A stretch of 64,000 nt of DNA, taken from the NCBI GenBank assembly GCA_005768725.1, contig VAFM01000002.1, forward strand, positions 438,512-502,511. Reading direction: 5' to 3'. The position numbers and the translations under genes were made by a program. Of the stretch, positions 59,059 through 64,000 are shown piece after piece; within the stretch, counting starts at the first letter, position 1; each line of letters begins with the position of its first letter. A model generated the notes under the pieces. The model did not search any database and had not been told where the DNA came from. It saw only the letters and a program-made list of their open reading frames with translations. This DNA is from Blastochloris viridis (GTDB taxonomy: Bacteria; Pseudomonadota; Alphaproteobacteria; UBA2136; UBA6156).

Positions 59059-60276
59059 ATGAGCAAAGCACCGTCCAAAAACATCCAGAAGATCATGGTT
59101 GTGTTCGGCACCCGTCCGGAAGCCATTAAAGTCGCTCCCCTTATTCTGGCGCTGAAGAACGACCCGCGCTTTAAACTCTGCACTGTCGCCACCGGCCAGC
59201 ACCGCGAGATGCTGTGGCCGATCCTCGAATGGTTCAACATCACTCCAGATTACACGCTGGATGTGATGGCACCCAAACAGCCCTTAGCCTTCCTGTCTGG
59301 CAAGGTGCTCGCCGGTCTGCATCCCATCATGGAAGCCGAACAACCGGACATCGTGATGGTGCAGGGCGATACCACTACCGCATTCATGGCCGCGCTGACC
59401 GCCTATTACGGCTACGATTACTTTGTACGGAATGAAACCGGGCAACGCCGCCATATCCAGATCGCCCATATCGAGGCGGGCCTGCGCACGCATGACAACT
59501 ACGCCCCCTTCCCGGAAGAAGTGAACCGCCGCCTGATCGGCCACATCGCCAACTGGCACTTCGCCCCCACCGCCACGGCGGCCGAGGCCCTTTTCCAGGA
59601 GAATATCAACACCAATGTCTTCATCACCGGCAACCCGGTCATCGACGCACTCCATGTGACGGTCGAACGCCTCGGCGACGGCGCCACACTCAATCTACCG
59701 CCGGAACTGACCAACGACATTCTCGGCAAACCCTATATCCTCATCACCGGCCATCGCCGCGAAAGTTATGGCGAAGGCTTCTCCCACATCTGCAAGGCCA
59801 TCGCCAAACTGTCCAAGCGCTATCCCAAGCACACGTTCATTTATCCAGTACACCTCAACCAGCACGTGCAAGAGCCCGTCCACGCCATGCTGGGTAATCT
59901 GCCCAACGTGATCCTCACTCAACCGCTCGACTATCCCGCCTTCGTGCACGTCATGCGCCACGCCCACCTGATCCTCACCGACAGCGGCGGCCTGCAGGAA
60001 GAAGGCCCGGCCCTGGGCAAACCGGTGCTGGTGATGCGCGAAGTGACCGAACGCCCGGAAGGCATCATGTCCGGTACCTGCCGTCTGGTCGGCACGTCCG
60101 AGAAAAGCATCATCGACAATGTCACCGATCTGCTGGACAACCCGCAAAGCTACGCCAAAATGGCGCGCGCCGCCAATCCGTACGGAGACGGCCTTGCCAC
60201 GCAACGTATTCTCAATCTGCTGGCTGGCGGTTCCGCCCGCGACAACACCTTCACCCCCGCCTACGCCGAGGCATAA
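59059..60276 (+). CDS. wecB: UDP-N-acetylglucosamine 2-epimerase
   Basis: KIMVVFGTRPEAIKVAPLI, HIEAGLRT, SGGLQEEGPALGKPVLVMR. I chose the ATG at 59059; the long upstream part of the track ORF is antisense to the previous gene. Confidence 0.9.
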   Translation: MSKAPSKNIQKIMVVFGTRPEAIKVAPLILALKNDPRFKLCTVATGQHREMLWPILEWFNITPDYTLDVMAPKQPLAFLSGKVLAGLHPIMEAEQPDIVMVQGDTTTAFMAALTAYYGYDYFVRNETGQRRHIQIAHIEAGLRTHDNYAPFPEEVNRRLIGHIANWHFAPTATAAEALFQENINTNVFITGNPVIDALHVTVERLGDGATLNLPPELTNDILGKPYILITGHRRESYGEGFSHICKAIAKLSKRYPKHTFIYPVHLNQHVQEPVHAMLGNLPNVILTQPLDYPAFVHVMRHAHLILTDSGGLQEEGPALGKPVLVMREVTERPEGIMSGTCRLVGTSEKSIIDNVTDLLDNPQSYAKMARAANPYGDGLATQRILNLLAGGSARDNTFTPAYAEA

Positions 60277-60280
60277 AACA

Positions 60281-60306
60281 AAAGCCTCCGACACGGAGGC
60301 TTTTAC
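60281..60306 (+). terminator. Rho-independent terminator after wecB
   Basis: AAAGCCTCC-GACAC-GGAGGCTTTT. Confidence 0.8.
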
Positions 60307-60333
60307 ATATCTGAAGAGCGATTATCCAGTCAT

Positions 60334-60468
60334 CCGGCGCAAAGCGCCGTCGCCCCCGCGCGCGAGGTTGAAACGGACATCCGGATGCGTTTTGGCAGGG
60401 CACGGTGTACAAAAACAAAGGTACATAAGCCATGCCAAAACGTGTTCGGGGTTCGTTTCAAACCGCGC
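60334..60468 (+). repeat. Nested-hairpin intergenic repeat, copy C
   Basis: GGCGCAAAGCGCC hairpin, GTCGCCCCCGCGCGCG, stem CGTTTTGGCA/TGCCAAAACG, apex GTGTAC-AAAAACAAAG-GTACAT. Confidence 0.8.
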
Positions 60469-60479
60469 CTTTCCTAAGT

Positions 60480-61400
60480 CTAAGGAAGACCAACTTCGGC
60501 AGGCGCCAAGAGCCCTTGATCGGTAAACTCCGCAATCGTCCCCTTCTTGCTGCGCAGAATGATGATCGTGATACGGCGGTTCTTAATGGCCTCCGGCTGG
60601 TCCACCAGCAGCGGCTGTTGGCTGGCGTAACCGGCCACACGGCCAATGCGGCGCTCCGGCATACCTTCCTGCATCATCACACGGCGGGTCATCTGGGCAC
60701 GGTCGGAAGAAAGCTCCCAGTTGGTATAAACAGGGTTGGCACCACGATACGGCACCACATCGGTATGGCCACCGATCGCCAGCGCATTCGGCAGCGGCAG
60801 CAGAACATTGGTCACCACACCCATCATGTCGCGGGTGTACGGGAACATCGCGGCACTGCCGTTTTCAAACAACGGACGGTCGGCACTGTCGGTGATGGTA
60901 ATGCGCAACCCTTCCGGCGTCAGGTCGATGATCATATTGTCCATCAGCGCTTTCAGCTCGGGCACGTTCATCACCGCACGCTTAATCTGTTCGGCCACCT
61001 GACGGAACATCGCGTCTTCCTTGGCCTGAACCGCCATATCATCATTGCTGTCGGCCTGGGCGGGCGGCATCACCGGTGTTTCTTCCGGGGCACTGTCATC
61101 GGCCGCAATCGCGCTGCTACCCTTCATGATGCCCTGCCCGCCACCATACTGACTGGCATTGCTGGGGGGGTTAAAGTAGTAGGCGATCCCGGCTTTCTGC
61201 TCTTCCGTGGTGCTGGCCAGCAGCCACAGCAGCAAAAAGAACGCCATCATCGCGGTCACAAAGTCGGCATACGCAACCTTCCAGGCGCCGCCGTGGTGGC
61301 CGTGGCCGTGGCCGCGGCCCTTTTTCTTGACGACAATGACGGTCGCGCCGCCGTTGCCGCTCGAACCGCCGCCGCTGCCGCCGTTCTCTTCGTCGGCCAT
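60480..61400 (-). CDS. motB: Flagellar motor stator protein MotB (OmpA-like C-terminus)
   Basis: WKVAYADFVTAMMAFFLLLWLL plug/TM region and a C-terminal NWELSSDRA OmpA-like block. Gly/His-rich N-terminus. Confidence 0.88.
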   Translation of the reverse strand: MADEENGGSGGGSSGNGGATVIVVKKKGRGHGHGHHGGAWKVAYADFVTAMMAFFLLLWLLASTTEEQKAGIAYYFNPPSNASQYGGGQGIMKGSSAIAADDSAPEETPVMPPAQADSNDDMAVQAKEDAMFRQVAEQIKRAVMNVPELKALMDNMIIDLTPEGLRITITDSADRPLFENGSAAMFPYTRDMMGVVTNVLLPLPNALAIGGHTDVVPYRGANPVYTNWELSSDRAQMTRRVMMQEGMPERRIGRVAGYASQQPLLVDQPEAIKNRRITIIILRSKKGTIAEFTDQGLLAPAEVGLP

Positions 61401-62266
61401 TACTTATCGCCCCCGATGCTGTTCAGGTACTCTTCCGACTGCTGGAAGCTCGGACGGACCGACGCCGGCATGTGCTTGCGGGTAAATTCAACGATGATCT
61501 GCGGGCTCAACTGACGCGCAAAGTTCAGAATGGCGATCTTCATGCAGGTGTAGAAGGCCGCTTCCGCCGCATAGGCATTTTCCATGTTCTTGCCCATCGG
61601 GCCGATAAAGCCGTAGGCGATAAGCACACCCGAGAACGTCCCCACAAGCGCGGCCCCGATCAGGTGACCCAGCACTTCCGGCGGCTCGGTAATGCTCCCC
61701 ATGGTATGGATAACCCCCAACACGGCGGCCACAATACCCAGCGCCGGCATACCGTCGGCCATACCCTGCATCGCGCCCACAATCGCGGCGCGCTCGGTGT
61801 GGTGCACGTGCAGTTCCTCGTCCATCAGTTCTTCCAGCTGGTTCGGCATGCCGCTGCCCATAACGATCAGACGAATATTGTCACACAGGAAGGATTCCAC
61901 ATGGTGATCCTTCATCAGGCTCGGATATTTCTGGAACAGGCTGCTGTCGTGCGGGTGGTCGATGTGTTGCTCAACCTCTTTGATCCCCTTGGTGCGCATC
62001 ATCTTGGAAAGCTCGAAGAAGAAGCCCAGCAATTCCATGTACGGGCCCTTTTTCTGGTAGGGCAGACCGGTCAGCAGCACTTTAAAGCCACCGCCCAGGC
62101 CTTTAAGTACCGGCCCTGGGCTCCCGATCACAAGGCCGCCGATGGCCGCCCCGATGATGATGATAAATTCAAACGGCTGCCACAAAACACCCATGTGACC
62201 ACCCGCAGCGGCGTACCCACCCATAACGCAGGCAACAACAATGACAAAACCAATCAGGAACAACAT
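61400..62266 (-). CDS. motA: Flagellar motor stator protein MotA
   Basis: 288 aa with 4 TM segments. ...ITEPPEVLGHLIGAALVGTFSGVLIAYGF... Its stop overlaps the motB ATG (TAATG). Confidence 0.9.
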   Translation of the reverse strand: MLFLIGFVIVVACVMGGYAAAGGHMGVLWQPFEFIIIIGAAIGGLVIGSPGPVLKGLGGGFKVLLTGLPYQKKGPYMELLGFFFELSKMMRTKGIKEVEQHIDHPHDSSLFQKYPSLMKDHHVESFLCDNIRLIVMGSGMPNQLEELMDEELHVHHTERAAIVGAMQGMADGMPALGIVAAVLGVIHTMGSITEPPEVLGHLIGAALVGTFSGVLIAYGFIGPMGKNMENAYAAEAAFYTCMKIAILNFARQLSPQIIVEFTRKHMPASVRPSFQQSEEYLNSIGGDK

Positions 62267-62473
62267 GGCCCGAGCCTACCAGCCCTGCTGCGCTGCACCA
62301 ATGCTTTCTGCACACCTCTCCCCCGCTTTGACTGACCCCCTGTGACCTTTAAACGCAGGTGAGTCCTCACCCCTCTGTTACCCTGTGTCACCCGTGCACA
62401 GACCCCTCCACCAAAACACATCTCCCTCTCAGGCCTGTCGGGACGGATGAGGTACGCAATGGCATAATAAGAC

Positions 62474-64000
62474 ATGACGATGATTCGCCTGCTTCTTTGC
62501 GCGCTCATAATGCCCTCATGGGCGTTTGCTGTGTGTAGTACCCCCGCCGGAGACGCCGGTCACATCATCTTCAACACCACCACCAAAACCATGCAGTACT
62601 GCAACGGCACCAACTGGGTGAACACCGGTACATCACAACCTTCTGCCACACAAACCGGCTGCACAACCCCAACCGGCGTGGCCGGAGAAGTTATTTATGC
62701 CAGCAGCACCGGCGTGGTTCAGTTCTGCAATGGCCAGAACTGGGTCGACACCGCCTGCGCAGCCAAACGCCAGCCCAACGGCCCGGGGTGTAGCGGCCAA
62801 CCGGCAGGTACCATCCAGTATGCCGCAGCGCATAACGAGCTCCAGTTCTGCGACAGCACCAACTGGGTCGCCATGGGTTGGGGCTGTTCGCACGACCTCT
62901 CCGATCCGGTCTGGAACGGCCCGACCACGTACAGTTACAGCACCATGCAGGGCCAGCCCTTTAGCCTCACCCCCTCGGTCACCGACGACAAACCCGGCCT
63001 CGTGTACAGCGTACAGGGTACGGTCCCCACCGGTCTGTCGTTCAATCCCTCCACCGGCGCCGTGTCTGGCACCCCTTCCGCACTGGGCACCTATACGTTC
63101 ACCCTCCGCGCCACCGACACCTCCGCCAACTATGTCGAGCGTACCTTTACGATAGACGTGACCCCCGCCGAAGCGGTGGCCTACATCGCCTCCAACGCCA
63201 ACAACGTCAATATCCAGTCGCTGTTCAGCGGCGCCGACTGGGCTAACAGCACCCGCCCCAAACGGGTGGTCATCAACAGTGGCGTCACGGTCGGTTCCAC
63301 AAACCCAGCCACAGCCGCCCTGCTCACCGGTACAGGCCGCGGCAGTAATCTGATTATCCAGAACAGCGGTACCATCGCCGGTGCCGGGGGTGCCGCCAAT
63401 GGTGGCGCGGGTGGCCCGGCGATCAACTCTCAGCAGACAGGGGTCACCATCACCAATGCCGGTAACATCTACGGCGGCGGTGGCGGGGGCGGCCGTGGCG
63501 GTAATGGCGGTTCCGGCGGAGCAGGCTCTATTCAACAAGTCGTGCAAGAAGGCCCTTACTATTCGTCTAGCTATCGCTGGTATTTCATGGACTTTGGTGG
63601 ATACTACTATGGAGACATTGTGTGGGCCGGAACTACACTCAGGATAAATAATGGTAACGAACCTGCTTCACCATGGGCTTATGGTGGCTATCTGTATTAC
63701 AAGAGTTACCCGAGTGGTGAAGGTCCAAACGCTATCTATCGCACATACGAGTCAAACACTCCCACCACCGGCGGCGCAGGCGGTACCGGCGGTAACGGCG
63801 GTGCGGGCCAAGGCTCCAACCAAGCCCGCGCCAACGGGGTTGGCGGTAGCGCAGGCGCAGCGGGTGGCACCAACGCCGGTACAGGCGGTACGGGTGGCAC
63901 CGGCGGTAACGGCGGTACATGGGGTGTTGCCGGCACAGCAGGTGCCACAGGCAACACCGGTGGCTCTGGTAATGCAGGTGCTGGCTTGGCAGGAGCCGCC
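62474..64000 (+). CDS. Secreted protein: triple Cys-module cassette plus putative Ig domain plus Gly-rich repeats (3' end outside window)
   Basis: My own translation from ATG 62474 gives MTMIRLLLCALIMPSWAFAVCSTPAGDAGHIIFNTTTKTMQYCNGTNW, then 2 more modules, then VSGTPSALGTYTFTLRATDTSANYVERTFTIDV, then NSGTIAGAGG.. and GGxGG runs. The frame is open to position 64000 (509 codons). It is not in the ORF track because there is no stop. Confidence 0.8.
   Translation, partial: MTMIRLLLCALIMPSWAFAVCSTPAGDAGHIIFNTTTKTMQYCNGTNWVNTGTSQPSATQTGCTTPTGVAGEVIYASSTGVVQFCNGQNWVDTACAAKRQPNGPGCSGQPAGTIQYAAAHNELQFCDSTNWVAMGWGCSHDLSDPVWNGPTTYSYSTMQGQPFSLTPSVTDDKPGLVYSVQGTVPTGLSFNPSTGAVSGTPSALGTYTFTLRATDTSANYVERTFTIDVTPAEAVAYIASNANNVNIQSLFSGADWANSTRPKRVVINSGVTVGSTNPATAALLTGTGRGSNLIIQNSGTIAGAGGAANGGAGGPAINSQQTGVTITNAGNIYGGGGGGGRGGNGGSGGAGSIQQVVQEGPYYSSSYRWYFMDFGGYYYGDIVWAGTTLRINNGNEPASPWAYGGYLYYKSYPSGEGPNAIYRTYESNTPTTGGAGGTGGNGGAGQGSNQARANGVGGSAGAAGGTNAGTGGTGGTGGNGGTWGVAGTAGATGNTGGSGNAGAGLAGAA

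Noticed and set aside
62633-63547. 304-aa minus-strand ORF
   Set aside because: It is antisense to the cassette gene starting at 62474, whose N-terminus is conserved with two other genes.
63760-64000. GGxGG-coding simple repeats considered as a non-coding microsatellite or contingency locus
   Set aside because: The units are imperfect and in frame with the upstream conserved domains. There is no homopolymer or perfect short tandem repeat that would support slipped-strand switching.

Overview
GC-rich bacterial chromosomal window. The gene content suggests an alphaproteobacterium: a DUF3035-type lipoprotein after lspA, a 17-kDa-antigen-type lipoprotein, a long GyrB and a GGAAC-N16-CGTT-type promoter. 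This is inference only and no organism is named. I support about 57 protein genes and 2 tRNAs, and I see no rRNA, CRISPR array, transposase or integrase. The housekeeping backbone has five parts. (1) A minus-strand operon: ileS, an orphan gene, lspA, a lipoprotein, M16 protease, two membrane paralogs, M16-like. (2) pepF, an Hsp33-like gene plus a DUF59/SufT-like gene, and cmk. (3) A fragmented str region: rpsL-rpsG, an inserted membrane gene, then fusA with no tuf. (4) rplY, then sufB, an antisense small ORF, sufCDS. (5) clpB with a CIRCE-like operator, metG, gyrB, an MCP, wecB and motAB. Three signals are not explained by ordinary annotation. (a) Five secreted proteins carry a disulfide-bracketed module of about 20-28 aa (C-x5-7-G-x-[IV]-x-[YF]...[QF]-x-C-x-G-x2-W). 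They are a 1,934-aa tail-fibre-like fibre (13624-19428), two downstream genes, a 671-aa protein (56830-58845) and the partial gene at 62474. Three of these genes share a near-identical N-terminal triple-module cassette fused to different C-terminal domains. (b) Three small secreted Cys-rich paralogs lie at 31.4-33.4 kb, each with a conserved N-terminus and a variable C-terminus. One is interrupted by an in-frame TAG, and each is preceded by a 7-9 codon uORF ending at or next to its start codon. (c) A family of about 130-nt nested-hairpin intergenic repeats has four copies plus one fragment. Its apex is conserved (GTGTAC, A-rich loop, GTACAT) and its stems show compensatory changes. All coordinates, motifs and pairings come from reading the sequence. 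No database search was run.
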